NCBI GenBank assembly: GCA_041583235.1
Contig: JBFHGG010000003.1
Location: 3,823-67,822, forward strand
Source: Halarcobacter sp.
Lineage (GTDB): Bacteria > Campylobacterota > Campylobacteria > Campylobacterales > Arcobacteraceae
Direction of reading: 5' to 3'
Length of the DNA stretch: 64,000 nt
Below are positions 50,804 through 61,465 of the stretch, piece by piece; the stretch's first letter is position 1, and each line of letters begins with the position of its first letter. The notes beneath the pieces are model-generated. The model searched no databases, was not told where the DNA came from, and saw only the letters and a program-made list of their open reading frames with translations. The position numbers and the translations under genes are program-made.

Positions 50804-51667
50804 TTAGTTTTTATGTCTATATAAATATTTTGAAAGTAGTTCTTGCAGTGAATTCTTAAGGTTTTCATCTAAAGAATTTAAATTTTCTTCACATTTATTT
50901 GCTAGTTTATCTGCAGATTTAATAGCATCTTCAAGACCAAGTAGATTTACAAAAGAGTTTTTTGCTTGATCATTTTGTGTTGTTTTACCAGCTTCTTCTG
51001 AGCTTTGAGTTTCATCTATAATATCATCTTGAATTTGAAATAATAATCCAATATCAATTCCAAAATTATATAGTTTTTCTTGTGTTTGTAAATCATATTC
51101 AGAAATTATTGCTCCCATTTTTAAAGAAGCTGCAATTAATTTTGCAGTTTTGTGAATATGTAAAAATTCTAATTGTTTTAATTCTAATTTTTGATTTTCA
51201 AAATAACAATCAATTGCTTGTCCAATGATCATTCCATTAATTCCACCATCAGAACTTAAAACTTTAATTAATTCAATTTTAATATCATTATGTAATGGAG
51301 CATTTGAAATTTGACTGAAAGCCTCAGTGTTTAAAGCATCTCCAGCTAAAATAGCTGTAACTTCATCATATTTTTTATGTAATGTTTTAAGTCCACGTCT
51401 AAGATCGGCATCATCCATTGCAGGTAAATCATCATGAATTAATGAATAAGTATGTAACATTTCTAAACCTAAGGCAACAGGTAAAGCACTAGGAATAAGT
51501 AAAGACTTATTTGACTTTAAAACAGATAATAAAAGCATAGGCCTAAATCTTTTTCCTCCTGCTTTTAATATATCACCTAAGGCATCTTCAAAATAAGGAT
51601 GGAAAGTTTTTGATTCTGGCAAATTTTTTAATAAATAGTCTTCAAAAGATTCTAGTAGTTTTTGCAT
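50804..51667 (-). CDS. ispA: Polyprenyl (farnesyl) diphosphate synthase
   Basis: GGKRFRP, HTYSLIHDDLPAMDDADLRRG, HKT and FQIQDDIID motifs. Confidence 0.92.
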   Translation of the reverse strand: MQKLLESFEDYLLKNLPESKTFHPYFEDALGDILKAGGKRFRPMLLLSVLKSNKSLLIPSALPVALGLEMLHTYSLIHDDLPAMDDADLRRGLKTLHKKYDEVTAILAGDALNTEAFSQISNAPLHNDIKIELIKVLSSDGGINGMIIGQAIDCYFENQKLELKQLEFLHIHKTAKLIAASLKMGAIISEYDLQTQEKLYNFGIDIGLLFQIQDDIIDETQSSEEAGKTTQNDQAKNSFVNLLGLEDAIKSADKLANKCEENLNSLDENLKNSLQELLSKYLYRHKN

Positions 51668-51668
51668 A

Positions 51669-51989
51669 TTATTTTTGTCCAAAAGATCCAAGACCACCCA
51701 TCATATTCATTGCCATCATTTTTTTGCTCTCATCACTTTGTTTGATTACATCATTCATAGCAGAGATCAATAAAATCTGCAAAGAATCTTTGTCTTCAAG
51801 TAATGAATTATCTATTTGTAAATCTATAACTTCAGAATTACCATTAATTGAAATTTCAACCATTCCACCACCTGCTTTAGAAGTGAAAATTTGTTCGGCA
51901 TTCTTTTCTTTTGCTTGATTAGCCATTTCTTGTACTTGGCCCATAACTTCGTTTAAGTTAATTTTACTTAAATCTATACCATCAAACAT
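51669..51989 (-). CDS. YbaB/EbfC nucleoid-associated protein
   Basis: [12 protein letters not shown]...IDNSLLED...LLISAMND. Confidence 0.9.
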   Translation of the reverse strand: MFDGIDLSKINLNEVMGQVQEMANQAKEKNAEQIFTSKAGGGMVEISINGNSEVIDLQIDNSLLEDKDSLQILLISAMNDVIKQSDESKKMMAMNMMGGLGSFGQK

Positions 51990-52365
51990 GATCACTTCCT
52001 ACAAGTTCATTTGTTACCATTTCTATATTATTTTCATCATCAACGATAACTACAGTTGGTAAATAGTTTTCTAATTCTTCTTCTGAATAAGATGCATAAG
52101 AAATAACAATAATTTTATCACCAATTTCAACTTTTCTAGCAGCAGCACCATTTAAACACATATCTTTGCTTCCTGCTCTACCTTTTATAACGTAAGTTGC
52201 AAACCGTTCACCATTGTTTACATTTACTATTTCAACTTTTTGTCCAACTCTTATTTTTGAAGCTTTCATCAGTTCTTCATCAATTGTAATCGAACCAATA
52301 TAATTAAGATTCGCATCCGTTACAGTTGCTCTATGAATCTTACTATATAGCATATCAAATGTCAT
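51982..52365 (-). CDS. panD: Aspartate 1-decarboxylase
   Basis: [25 protein letters not shown] and LNGAAAR motifs. Confidence 0.96.
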   Translation of the reverse strand: MTFDMLYSKIHRATVTDANLNYIGSITIDEELMKASKIRVGQKVEIVNVNNGERFATYVIKGRAGSKDMCLNGAAARKVEIGDKIIVISYASYSEEELENYLPTVVIVDDENNIEMVTNELVGSDHV

Positions 52366-52377
52366 TTATACTGTCCT

Positions 52378-52740
52378 CTATTGGGCTAGATTAATAGGGT
52401 CACCCCAAAATTGTTCAGGAATTAAAAATTCTTGTACAGGATTTCCCCCTACTATATGTTCATCAACTATTTTATCAATTTTTTCCTTAGATAATTGACA
52501 ATACATATAATGACCTGGTTCAACTAACATTACTGGTCCCATTTGACATCTACCTAAACATGATGTTCTAATAGCTTGAACTGGTCCCATTAAACCTTTT
52601 TTCATCATATTTTGTGCTAAATGATTATACAAATCTTTATTTTGTTCATTAACACAAGATGGTTTTGGCATTCCTGGAGGAGAACTTTGTTCACATTTAA
52701 AAATATAAAATGTTGGTTGGGGAATAGCTGGCATTTCCAT
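52378..52740 (-). CDS. Thioredoxin-like [2Fe-2S] ferredoxin
   Basis: FKC...SC...TSCLGRCQMGP...Y...IVDEHIVGG Cys pattern. Confidence 0.85.
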   Translation of the reverse strand: MEMPAIPQPTFYIFKCEQSSPPGMPKPSCVNEQNKDLYNHLAQNMMKKGLMGPVQAIRTSCLGRCQMGPVMLVEPGHYMYCQLSKEKIDKIVDEHIVGGNPVQEFLIPEQFWGDPINLAQ

Positions 52741-52888
52741 TATACAAATCCTTTTTATTTAAAAGTAAATTTTCTTGAATTCTAACTAATATTTATTAAA
52801 CTCTTATAAAAATAGATTTTTAATAAGTTTTTAAATTCATACATAATATACTAAAATCTTATAAAATATAGTATAAAAAAGGTTAAAA

Positions 52889-53419
52889 ATGAAAAAAATA
52901 TTTTTTATTTTATTTTGTTCGGTGTTACTTTTAGAAGCAGCAAATCCAATTGCTGTGTTAAAAACGACACAAGGTGATATAGAAATTGAATTAAGACCAG
53001 ATATTGCACCTAAAGCAGTTGAAAACTTTGTAACTCATTCTAAAAATGGTTATTATAATGGATTAATTTTCCATAGAATCATTAAAAATTTTATGATTCA
53101 AGGTGGAGATCCTACAGGAACGGGTAGAGGTGGAGAATCAATTTGGGGAAAATCGTTTAAAGATGAATTTGCACCAAATGCAGTATTTGATAAGCCAGGA
53201 ATTTTAGCTATGGCTAACTCAGGACCAAATACAAATGGAAGTCAATTTTTTATTACAACAGTGCCAACATATTGGTTAAATGGGAAACATACTATTTTTG
53301 GATATGTAAAAGGGAATACAAAAACATTAAAAGCATTGGAAAATGTTCCTACATCTGGTCAATATAAAGGGAATAAACCTTTAAATGATCAAAAAATTAT
53401 ATCAATTACAATTAAATAG
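52889..53419 (+). CDS. Periplasmic cyclophilin-type peptidyl-prolyl isomerase
   Basis: Signal peptide, FHRIIKNFMIQGGD, AMANSG, TNGSQFFIT and HTIFG. Confidence 0.93.
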   Translation: MKKIFFILFCSVLLLEAANPIAVLKTTQGDIEIELRPDIAPKAVENFVTHSKNGYYNGLIFHRIIKNFMIQGGDPTGTGRGGESIWGKSFKDEFAPNAVFDKPGILAMANSGPNTNGSQFFITTVPTYWLNGKHTIFGYVKGNTKTLKALENVPTSGQYKGNKPLNDQKIISITIK

Positions 53420-53453
53420 TTTAAAGGAAATAAATAGATAATTATAAAAAAAT

Positions 53454-54830
53454 CTATTTATTTCCAAATAATTTACTCATTATTTTTTTATCACCATATT
53501 GAATAATTTCTCTTTCTAATTGCTCTATTCTTTTACCCTCATTTTTTGCTTTTTCTTTCCAATAACTAAGTTTTTGAGAAATAGATTCTGCATTATTTAC
53601 AAGTGAAACTTTTTCTTTTAAATAATTAAGTTCTTCTTCTAAATCATCAATTTGAACTTCATAATTTACTTTTATTTGCTTACACTCTTTTTTATGTTCA
53701 TCTTTTATAGTTTCAAGTTTTGCATTTAATTTTTTTAATTCAATTTTTAAATCTACATTTTCTTTTGAGAGTTGTTTTGTTTGTGTATTTTTTTGCTCAA
53801 CATAACTTGAATTGTTTTTATATTGTTTTAATTCTAATCTTAACTTTTTATTTTCATTTCCATACTTTTCAACAGAATAAAGAAACTTATCTTTTTCAAG
53901 TTCTGACTTTTTAAGTTCATTTCTAAGAATACTTATTTCATCTCTTAGACTATTAATATTAATTTGAAACTCTGCACTATTTTCTTTACTTTTAATAAAA
54001 ATTTCACTTTTATCTTTCATTAAAGATGAACGTACTTCTCTATTTTTAATAACTTTTTCTGTTTCATCTTTTTGTATTACTAAACAACCAGTAACTTCTC
54101 CTGCATCATTTAAAGTACTAATAACACTAGTTTCTGCAATATAATAACTAGCATCTTTTGTAATACTTTTTAATTGTCCATTCCATTGTTTATTATTTAA
54201 AACATCATTATATATTTCTTTATAAATACTTGAATCAGTATCTTTATGTTTTAATATTATAAGTTCTTCTCCAAGTAACTCTTTTTTTTCATATCCAGTA
54301 ATTTGACAAAAAAGATCATTTAGAAAAGTAATTTCCATATTTTTATTAGTTCTTATTACAATATTATTATTGTAAATAATATCTTTATATTTTTTTAATT
54401 CTGTATTTTGCTGATTAAGTAAAAAGTCATGATATAAGATTTTGCCAAGTTCTAGCAAAGATTTCATTAAATTTCTAATATCTATTGGTTTAATTATATA
54501 TTCAAAAACTTTTAATTTTATTGCATCAATTAAAAACTCTGTATCAGAATATGCTGTTGTAAAAATAACAGGCACATTTTTATCAAAACTCCTAATCTCT
54601 TCTAGCATCTCAATACCAGTCATATTGGGCATATTTATATCTGCAATTATAATATCAATATCATTTTGCCTATTTGTATATAATTCTAAGCCTTCTTTTC
54701 CATCATTAGCAGTATAAACATTATCAAAGAAATTTGATAATAGTGATGATAATTCGCTTCTAACATTGCTATCATCTTCTACATAAAGAACTTTCAATCT
54801 TTTTAAGAGTTCTTTATCAACTGTTGCCAT
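53454..54830 (-). CDS. Response regulator: receiver + PAS + long coiled coil
   Basis: YVEDD / ADINMP / KP receiver, FCQITGY..EELLG PAS, and a charged heptad-rich C-terminus. Confidence 0.82.
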   Translation of the reverse strand: MATVDKELLKRLKVLYVEDDSNVRSELSSLLSNFFDNVYTANDGKEGLELYTNRQNDIDIIIADINMPNMTGIEMLEEIRSFDKNVPVIFTTAYSDTEFLIDAIKLKVFEYIIKPIDIRNLMKSLLELGKILYHDFLLNQQNTELKKYKDIIYNNNIVIRTNKNMEITFLNDLFCQITGYEKKELLGEELIILKHKDTDSSIYKEIYNDVLNNKQWNGQLKSITKDASYYIAETSVISTLNDAGEVTGCLVIQKDETEKVIKNREVRSSLMKDKSEIFIKSKENSAEFQININSLRDEISILRNELKKSELEKDKFLYSVEKYGNENKKLRLELKQYKNNSSYVEQKNTQTKQLSKENVDLKIELKKLNAKLETIKDEHKKECKQIKVNYEVQIDDLEEELNYLKEKVSLVNNAESISQKLSYWKEKAKNEGKRIEQLEREIIQYGDKKIMSKLFGNK

Positions 54831-55222
54831 TAGTTTTTTCTTTCTATACTTGTTACTAAATCTATAAACTTAATAAAATCAAAGGGTTTTAGTAAGTAAT
54901 TATCAATGCCCAACTCTTTTGCATTTTCAATATAATCTGATTCTGTATGAGCAGACATAATTATAATAGGGATTTTACTTCCTTTATCAACTAATTCTTT
55001 TATCATTAAAAGTCCATTCATTACAGGCATATTTATGTCAGTAACAATAACATCAATATCATTATTCTCTTCAATTAATGCTAATGCCTCTTTCCCATTT
55101 TTTGCAGTAAGAAAATTAGCATCAAGTTTAATTAATGTTTCCGAAATAATTTCAATTAGATCTTCTTCATCTTCAACAAATAGTAGTTTTAGTTTTTTTA
55201 ATTTTTCAATTTTTTTTTGCAT
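54830..55222 (-). CDS. Single-domain response regulator
   Basis: FVEDE, TDINMPVMNG, SAH and KPF motifs. Confidence 0.9.
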   Translation of the reverse strand: MQKKIEKLKKLKLLFVEDEEDLIEIISETLIKLDANFLTAKNGKEALALIEENNDIDVIVTDINMPVMNGLLMIKELVDKGSKIPIIIMSAHTESDYIENAKELGIDNYLLKPFDFIKFIDLVTSIERKN

Positions 55223-55230
55223 ATAAATTC

Positions 55231-55737
55231 TTAATCTTCATCTTTTAATTCATTTTTATGTACAACTGATTCAATATCCATTACCACAAGCATCTGATTA
55301 TTGGCTAATCTAACAAAACCTTTTAAATATTTTGAGGGAATTGCTGAACCCATATCTGAAACTGCAGCTAGAGTTGAAGTGTCTAATCTTTGTACGTCAT
55401 CAACTTTATCCACTATTATACCAATCATTCTTTTATCTTCTGTTATAACAGCGATAACAGACGTATTTTCATCATAAATAGCTTCACCTGTATTAAACTT
55501 AATTCTAATATCTAAAATAGGAACAACTTCACCTCTTAAATTAATAAGTCCTTTTACCCAACTAGAAGTATTTGGTAAAACAGTTATATTATCAGGATAT
55601 GTTAAAATTTCTCTAATTTTTGGTAATTCAATTGCATACTTCATTTTACCCAATTCAAAAGTCATAAATTCACTTGTATTTGAATAATCTATTACTTCTT
55701 CATTTGAATAATTATTAACGTTTTTATTTTCATCCAT
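55231..55737 (-). CDS. cheW: Chemotaxis coupling protein CheW
   Basis: FMTFEL, YAIEL..IREI, GLINLRGEVVPILD and GIIVD.V motifs. Confidence 0.92.
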   Translation of the reverse strand: MDENKNVNNYSNEEVIDYSNTSEFMTFELGKMKYAIELPKIREILTYPDNITVLPNTSSWVKGLINLRGEVVPILDIRIKFNTGEAIYDENTSVIAVITEDKRMIGIIVDKVDDVQRLDTSTLAAVSDMGSAIPSKYLKGFVRLANNQMLVVMDIESVVHKNELKDED

Positions 55738-55738
55738 T

Positions 55739-56146
55739 TTACTGCCTTCCTTCTTCTTGATTCCATATAGAGTATAGCTTTTCTACTTTTTCAATCTCAT
55801 TAACTGATGACTTTCTTCTACAAGATAAGAAACCTTTTGAACCATCACAGCTTACAAAAGGATATACAGTTGCAAAAACCCAATAAAAGCCACCTGACTT
55901 AGTAGCATTTTTTACATACCCTGTCCAAACATCACCTGCTAATACAGTTTCCCATAAAGATTTAAAAGCTTTTTTAGGCATATCTTTATGTCTTACCATG
56001 CTATGAGGTTGCCCTATTAACTCTTCTAATGAATATTCTGCAATTTTACAAAAATCTTCATTTGCAAATCTAATATTTCCTTTTTCATCTGTTTCGCTAA
56101 CTAAGAATGCATATTCATCTAAAACTGTTTCTTGTCCTATTGCCAT
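55739..56146 (-). CDS. Stand-alone Aer-type PAS protein (CetB-like)
   Basis: SETD..G.I.FAN..F...EELIGQPHSMVRH.DMP..AF..LW...W.G.VKN..K.G..YWV matches the Aer FAD-PAS pattern. Confidence 0.85.
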   Translation of the reverse strand: MAIGQETVLDEYAFLVSETDEKGNIRFANEDFCKIAEYSLEELIGQPHSMVRHKDMPKKAFKSLWETVLAGDVWTGYVKNATKSGGFYWVFATVYPFVSCDGSKGFLSCRRKSSVNEIEKVEKLYSIWNQEEGRQ

Positions 56147-56155
56147 TATCTCTCC

Positions 56156-58333
56156 TTAGTTGATTTTTTTACTTTTTGCTTCAGTAACTAAATCATTAGC
56201 CATATCTGCAACTTCATTTGCTATTGTTTTTATATGATTAGCCTCATTCGCATTTTCTTGTGTTACTCTATCAAGAATAGTAACGGCATCATTAATTTGC
56301 TCTATTCCTGTCATTTGCTCTTTTGATGCATGAGATACATCTTCAATCAGATGTATTGTTTTCGTAATATGTTCATTTAATTCTTTATAGCCATTAATCA
56401 TATCATCAGATATATTTTTACCATCATTAGCTTTTGTATTTGCATCCTCAACTAATGTTTTTATCTCTTTTGCTGCTTCTGCACTTCTTGAAGCAAGATT
56501 TCTCACTTCTTGGGCCACAACAGCAAAACCTTTTCCTGCTTCTCCTGCAGTTGCCGCTTCAACAGCAGCATTAAGTGAAAGAATATTAGTTTGAAAGGCT
56601 ATTTGATCAATTATATTAATTGCTTCATTAATTGCCGTTACTTTTTGATTTATTTCATCCATAGACATAGCTGTTCTTGTTGCTAAGTCTTGGCCTGAAG
56701 TAACTGAAAGCTTAACTGTCTCTCCAAGTTTTGCCATCTTAGTTGAATTTTCAGCATTGCTTCTAGTAATACTTGTAATTTCTTCAACGGCAGCTGCTGT
56801 TTCTTCTAATGAGGCTGCTTGTTCATTTGCCTTAGCTGCTAAATTATTCATTGAAGCTGTCATAGTAGATGAATTTTGTTCTAGGATTTGACCATTTGAT
56901 AAATTTGTTTTTGCTCCTCTACTTAATGATTCACCAAGCTTATTTACACTTTCCATAACTTCAAGCATATTTTCTTTCAATTTAGGAGAAATCTTAACTT
57001 TTTCTCGATAATCATCATTTGCATAATGAGTAACAGTAGATACTAATGCATTCATATTATTTTCTGTTACATCAAGCATTTTATTTAAGGTGTTTTTTAA
57101 TGTTACAATCATTGGATTTTCAGAAGAAGAGAAAATTCTACACTTATAAATTCCTTGTTCAACCTTATCTGTAGTTAGAACAATTTCGCCAATTACTCTC
57201 ATATCATCTTTTAATTTTTTATCAAAATTATCAGCTGCATTATTTAACATAACTAACATTTCTCCAATTTCATCTTGTGTAGCAACAGGAGATTTTTCAA
57301 ACTTATTAATTTTAAAAGAAACAAAATCTAGAAAATATGCAAAACTCGATTTAAATTTACTTATTCCTTCAAATACCATTTTCTTCAGTAAATATATCGT
57401 TGTAAATATTAAAATAATTGTAAGAATAATCATTAATCCAAGCATTAAAAAAACAATCTCACTTGAATCATTAACAATATTTTCAATCTTTTTAATATCT
57501 TTTGCTAAAAGATAAATTCCTATCTCCTCGCCTTTTATGTTTTTTATAGGGAAACTTGTATAGTAATATTTTGAATCTGTTAAATAGCCTTTGTTTTTTA
57601 ATAAATCAAAATTAATATTTGAAGCTGAAGCTTTAAAATCTTCATCAATTATATTTTGAGAAATATAATATTTATTAATCTTTTTTTCTTTACTTAAAGT
57701 ATTAGTATTTTTGTATTGTTCATCCATTAAAACAAGTAAAAACTCTTTATCATTTTTGAAATCTTCAACAACAGAATCATAACTTTGAATAAACTCTATA
57801 GAACCTAAATAATCTTTATCAAGACTAAAAATAGGAGCTAATCCTCTTAAATCTAATCCATTTGCACTTATTTCAACTGTTGATAATGCTTTTTTTGTAT
57901 TTTTAACTTCTAAGATTGCATCTCTATATGTACTTAAATCATCTTTGTATTTATCAAAATCCCAAGATCTCATATATGATTTAACATCTTTATCATGAAT
58001 ATGGATTCTTATATTATTAAAAGAAGTTGCTTCTTTCATAGCATCTGAAATACCAGATAATGCAATTTTTGCAAGATCTCTATCCGAAAGTTCTAAGGCT
58101 GTCATAATATCTGTATTTTTTGAAATAGTTAAAGCATTAGAAATTCCAACATTCATTTTAGATTTAACTCTTTCTTTAATCATCATAGAAAAATGTTCTT
58201 TTGTACTTATTTCAACTTCTTTTTTTATATTTTCTATCATATAATATGAGATTACTGCTGCAGCAATAATAATAATTAAAGCGTATATTATAAGTTTAGC
58301 ACGAATTTTACTTGCAATTGATTCTGTTTTCAT
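56156..58333 (-). CDS. Methyl-accepting chemotaxis protein with periplasmic Cache domain
   Basis: Two TM segments and the signalling hairpin [35 protein letters not shown]. Confidence 0.93.
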   Translation of the reverse strand: MKTESIASKIRAKLIIYALIIIIAAAVISYYMIENIKKEVEISTKEHFSMMIKERVKSKMNVGISNALTISKNTDIMTALELSDRDLAKIALSGISDAMKEATSFNNIRIHIHDKDVKSYMRSWDFDKYKDDLSTYRDAILEVKNTKKALSTVEISANGLDLRGLAPIFSLDKDYLGSIEFIQSYDSVVEDFKNDKEFLLVLMDEQYKNTNTLSKEKKINKYYISQNIIDEDFKASASNINFDLLKNKGYLTDSKYYYTSFPIKNIKGEEIGIYLLAKDIKKIENIVNDSSEIVFLMLGLMIILTIILIFTTIYLLKKMVFEGISKFKSSFAYFLDFVSFKINKFEKSPVATQDEIGEMLVMLNNAADNFDKKLKDDMRVIGEIVLTTDKVEQGIYKCRIFSSSENPMIVTLKNTLNKMLDVTENNMNALVSTVTHYANDDYREKVKISPKLKENMLEVMESVNKLGESLSRGAKTNLSNGQILEQNSSTMTASMNNLAAKANEQAASLEETAAAVEEITSITRSNAENSTKMAKLGETVKLSVTSGQDLATRTAMSMDEINQKVTAINEAINIIDQIAFQTNILSLNAAVEAATAGEAGKGFAVVAQEVRNLASRSAEAAKEIKTLVEDANTKANDGKNISDDMINGYKELNEHITKTIHLIEDVSHASKEQMTGIEQINDAVTILDRVTQENANEANHIKTIANEVADMANDLVTEAKSKKIN

Positions 58334-58385
58334 ACAAACCTTCTTTTAAAAATTTGTATATTTTATCTTTTGTAAACTTAAATTA

Positions 58386-59573
58386 TTATTGTCTTTTAAT
58401 ACTATTGACTTTACAGGAGATTATAACCTTGGGGCTTTGAAGGCTTATTTCATCATTTACTTTTAATTTTTCAATGTCGATTATTTTATTATTTAATGAA
58501 ATTTGCGCATAACCATTTTGAATATTTTCTTTTGGATTTTTTGCCTCAATTGCATCTTTTAAAATATTCAATCTATTCTGATTACTAGTAAATGATTGTC
58601 TTAAATAATTTTCATAATTCAGCTTTAATAGATTTATTTGCTGGGAAATAAATCTAAATTTTGCTTCGATTGAGTTTTGTTCAAATAATTTAAACATATG
58701 TTTTAGCTCATTCTCTTTTTGTAAAAGCATATTTTTTGTTCTATTTTCCATATCTAAACTTAATGTATCTATATAAATTCTATGTTCATTAATATCAGGA
58801 AGTGCAATTTCCATAGCATTTGAAGGAGTGGCAGCTCTAATATCAGCTACAAAGTCAGAAATTAAAAAATCTATTTCATGACCAACTGCTGAGATAATAG
58901 GTTTCTCACACATGTAAATAGCATTTGCAACTATTTCTTCATTAAATGCCCATAAATCCTCAATACTTCCCCCACCACGACCTACAACTATTAAATCTAC
59001 TTCTAAAGTATCAGCATATTTAATAGAATCGACAATATCATATTTTGAATCTTCTCCTTGAACTAAGGTAGGAATTAAAATTAGCTTTGTCAAAGGCCAT
59101 CTATGTAGTGCTACTTTTTTCATATCTGCAATAGCAGCTCCTGTTGCAGAAGTTACAAGGGCAATTTTTTTAGGATATTGAGGTAAAGTTTTTTTAATAC
59201 TTTGCTCAAAATATCCTTTAGCTTGAAGTTTTTGTTTTAATTGTTCATAGGCTAATGCTAATGCTCCTTGTCCTGAAGGTTCGATTTTATTACACATTAG
59301 TTGATAAGAACCTCTTGGAGTATATACTGTAATTGTTCCACTTATAACAATTTTTTGTCCTACTTCAAGTTGGAACTTTAGATATTTTGCATTTCCTTTA
59401 AACATCACACATGAAATTGTAGAACCTGAATCTTTTATAGAAAAGTATATATGCCCTGAATTATGATAAGTTAGATTTGAAATCTCTCCTTCAACATAAA
59501 CATTAATAAAAGTAGTTTCTAAAAGAGATTTAATTTGAGTATTTAATGTTGATACGCTAATTGCTGAATTCAA
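58386..59573 (-). CDS. xseA: Exodeoxyribonuclease VII large subunit
   Basis: VEGEISN, SGHIYFSIKD, RGGGSIEDLWAFNEE, SAVGHEID and RAATPS motifs; TTG start. Confidence 0.95.
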   Translation of the reverse strand: MNSAISVSTLNTQIKSLLETTFINVYVEGEISNLTYHNSGHIYFSIKDSGSTISCVMFKGNAKYLKFQLEVGQKIVISGTITVYTPRGSYQLMCNKIEPSGQGALALAYEQLKQKLQAKGYFEQSIKKTLPQYPKKIALVTSATGAAIADMKKVALHRWPLTKLILIPTLVQGEDSKYDIVDSIKYADTLEVDLIVVGRGGGSIEDLWAFNEEIVANAIYMCEKPIISAVGHEIDFLISDFVADIRAATPSNAMEIALPDINEHRIYIDTLSLDMENRTKNMLLQKENELKHMFKLFEQNSIEAKFRFISQQINLLKLNYENYLRQSFTSNQNRLNILKDAIEAKNPKENIQNGYAQISLNNKIIDIEKLKVNDEISLQSPKVIISCKVNSIKRQ

Positions 59574-59600
59574 ATTTTTCCTTTTAATTATTGTAAGAAA

Positions 59601-60311
59601 TTATAATTTTCTAGCAATAATTAAAGTTGATATTTTCATAGAAAAAGCTTGTGTATGAATTGGCTCAAGTCCTGCTTGTTTTAACTCTTTACATAAGTTT
59701 TCTGTAGTTAAAAACTCATCAATTGAGTTTGGTAAATAGGTATAAGCTTCTTTATTTTTTGAGATTAAACCACCTAAAGTAGGAAGTACTTTATTCATAT
59801 AAAAATCTGTTGCATAATCAAGTGGATTTGTTTTTTCTTGCTTTGTAAATTCTGAAATTACAACAAGGCCATCTTTTTTAAGAACTCTAGCAAACTCATC
59901 AAAAGCCTCTTGTCTTTGAACTACATTTCTAATTCCATATGAAATAGAAATAATATCAGCACTACTACTTTCTAAAGGCATTTGAGCAGCACCTGCTTCA
60001 ATAAACTGAACCTCAGGTAATTTTTCTTTGGCTACATCCATCATACCAATACTAGGATCTACTCCTACAATATTTTGTAAATTTATTCCATTTGAAGTAG
60101 CAATTTTTTTCCAAAACTCAATCATATCACCTGTTCCACAAGCAACATCTACAATTCTTTCAATTTCATTTTTCCCATAAAACTTATATGCTAAATTACA
60201 TGCTTTATTTCTCCAAGATTTGTCAATACCCATACTAAGAACTCTATTTGCAATATCATAAGTCCCTGCTATGTCATTAAACATTGATACAATTTTTTCT
60301 TGTTTACCCAT
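59601..60311 (-). CDS. ubiE: Demethylmenaquinone methyltransferase
   Basis: MFNDIA..YD..NR.LS.G, DVACGTGD and YGIRNV motifs. Confidence 0.93.
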   Translation of the reverse strand: MGKQEKIVSMFNDIAGTYDIANRVLSMGIDKSWRNKACNLAYKFYGKNEIERIVDVACGTGDMIEFWKKIATSNGINLQNIVGVDPSIGMMDVAKEKLPEVQFIEAGAAQMPLESSSADIISISYGIRNVVQRQEAFDEFARVLKKDGLVVISEFTKQEKTNPLDYATDFYMNKVLPTLGGLISKNKEAYTYLPNSIDEFLTTENLCKELKQAGLEPIHTQAFSMKISTLIIARKL

Positions 60312-60364
60312 TCATTTTCCTTTTATATGTCCCATTTAAAAGGGACCTATACTTTTATTTAAAT

Positions 60365-60613
60365 TTATAATAAATACTTACCTACAAAAAGACCTGCTAT
60401 AAAACCAATATTTAGCATTATTACTAAATATAAATATTTTATCTTACTCTCTTTTTCAGGTAATTGTTTTAACATTTTTTTTTGTACGATTATTGAATCA
60501 TCTAATGAACGTCTAGCGTAGTCAATATTATCAAAAGAATTTCTTAAACTAAGTTCTGCTAATTCAAGTCTTTCAACTATTTCTTTTGCTTGCTTAAAGC
60601 TCATATCACTCAT
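60365..60613 (-). CDS. Hypothetical coiled-coil protein with a C-terminal membrane anchor
   Basis: Helical N-terminal part and terminal hydrophobic segment YLYLVIMLNIGFIAGLFVG. Confidence 0.6.
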   Translation of the reverse strand: MSDMSFKQAKEIVERLELAELSLRNSFDNIDYARRSLDDSIIVQKKMLKQLPEKESKIKYLYLVIMLNIGFIAGLFVGKYLL

Positions 60614-60654
60614 TATTTGATTCTACTCTCTTTAACTTATTTATTAATGACATT

Positions 60655-61446
60655 CTATTTTTTAATATCAAGCCATTGATCTAAATCACAAAATATTTTA
60701 TTTAATGTGCCTAAAACATAATCTTTTGCTTCTGTTTGAATTCTTCTAAAAAATAGAAATTTTCTTGCACTTTCTATATCACCAAGCTCTTTAGCTTTTA
60801 CAGCTTTTGCTGCAAAATCTGAATTATTATAAGCCATTTCCCAAACTGTACTTCCAAGATACCTACTCATTGTAATTACCTTGTCATTTTTTACAGAAAA
60901 ATATTTAGGATCTTTTACAAAATCGCAAATAACTGAGTTACTATCTAAGTATTTATGTCCAAAAAAGTTTATAAATTGCTCTTCTATATAATCAGGTTCC
61001 ATTGAAATTGCACGATTAAGTGCAAACATAATATTTTCTTCTGGATTTTTTTCTATTTTTTTTATTTTTTTCATAGTTGCAATAGCATTTTTACCATCAA
61101 GTTCACCATCACCTAAGGGTATAATCCACTTCACATTTCCAAATGTTCCTACTTTTTTTATCTCTTCAAGAACCAAAGAAGAAGTTTTATTTCCACCAAC
61201 ATCAATTATAATTTCATGATTATCATCCATTAAGATTAATTCATCTAATTCTGTAAGTTTATTAGTACCTAACATTCTTTTATTTACAATTTCTGTTCTT
61301 GTAAAAGATTGACTATCATTGTTTTCATCATCGATTTCAATATATGTTATTTTTTTTCCATGTTTTTTAAATAAATATGGAGCAATAACTTGCATTGCAA
61401 CAGTAGATTTACCAACACCACCTTTTGTTTGTGGGATTATAATCAT
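60655..61446 (-). CDS. ParA/MinD-superfamily P-loop ATPase of unknown function
   Basis: Deviant Walker A KGGVGKST, IEIDD and Walker B IIIDVGG. Confidence 0.75.
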   Translation of the reverse strand: MIIIPQTKGGVGKSTVAMQVIAPYLFKKHGKKITYIEIDDENNDSQSFTRTEIVNKRMLGTNKLTELDELILMDDNHEIIIDVGGNKTSSLVLEEIKKVGTFGNVKWIIPLGDGELDGKNAIATMKKIKKIEKNPEENIMFALNRAISMEPDYIEEQFINFFGHKYLDSNSVICDFVKDPKYFSVKNDKVITMSRYLGSTVWEMAYNNSDFAAKAVKAKELGDIESARKFLFFRRIQTEAKDYVLGTLNKIFCDLDQWLDIKK

Positions 61447-61465
61447 TAATTAACCCTTGTTATAC

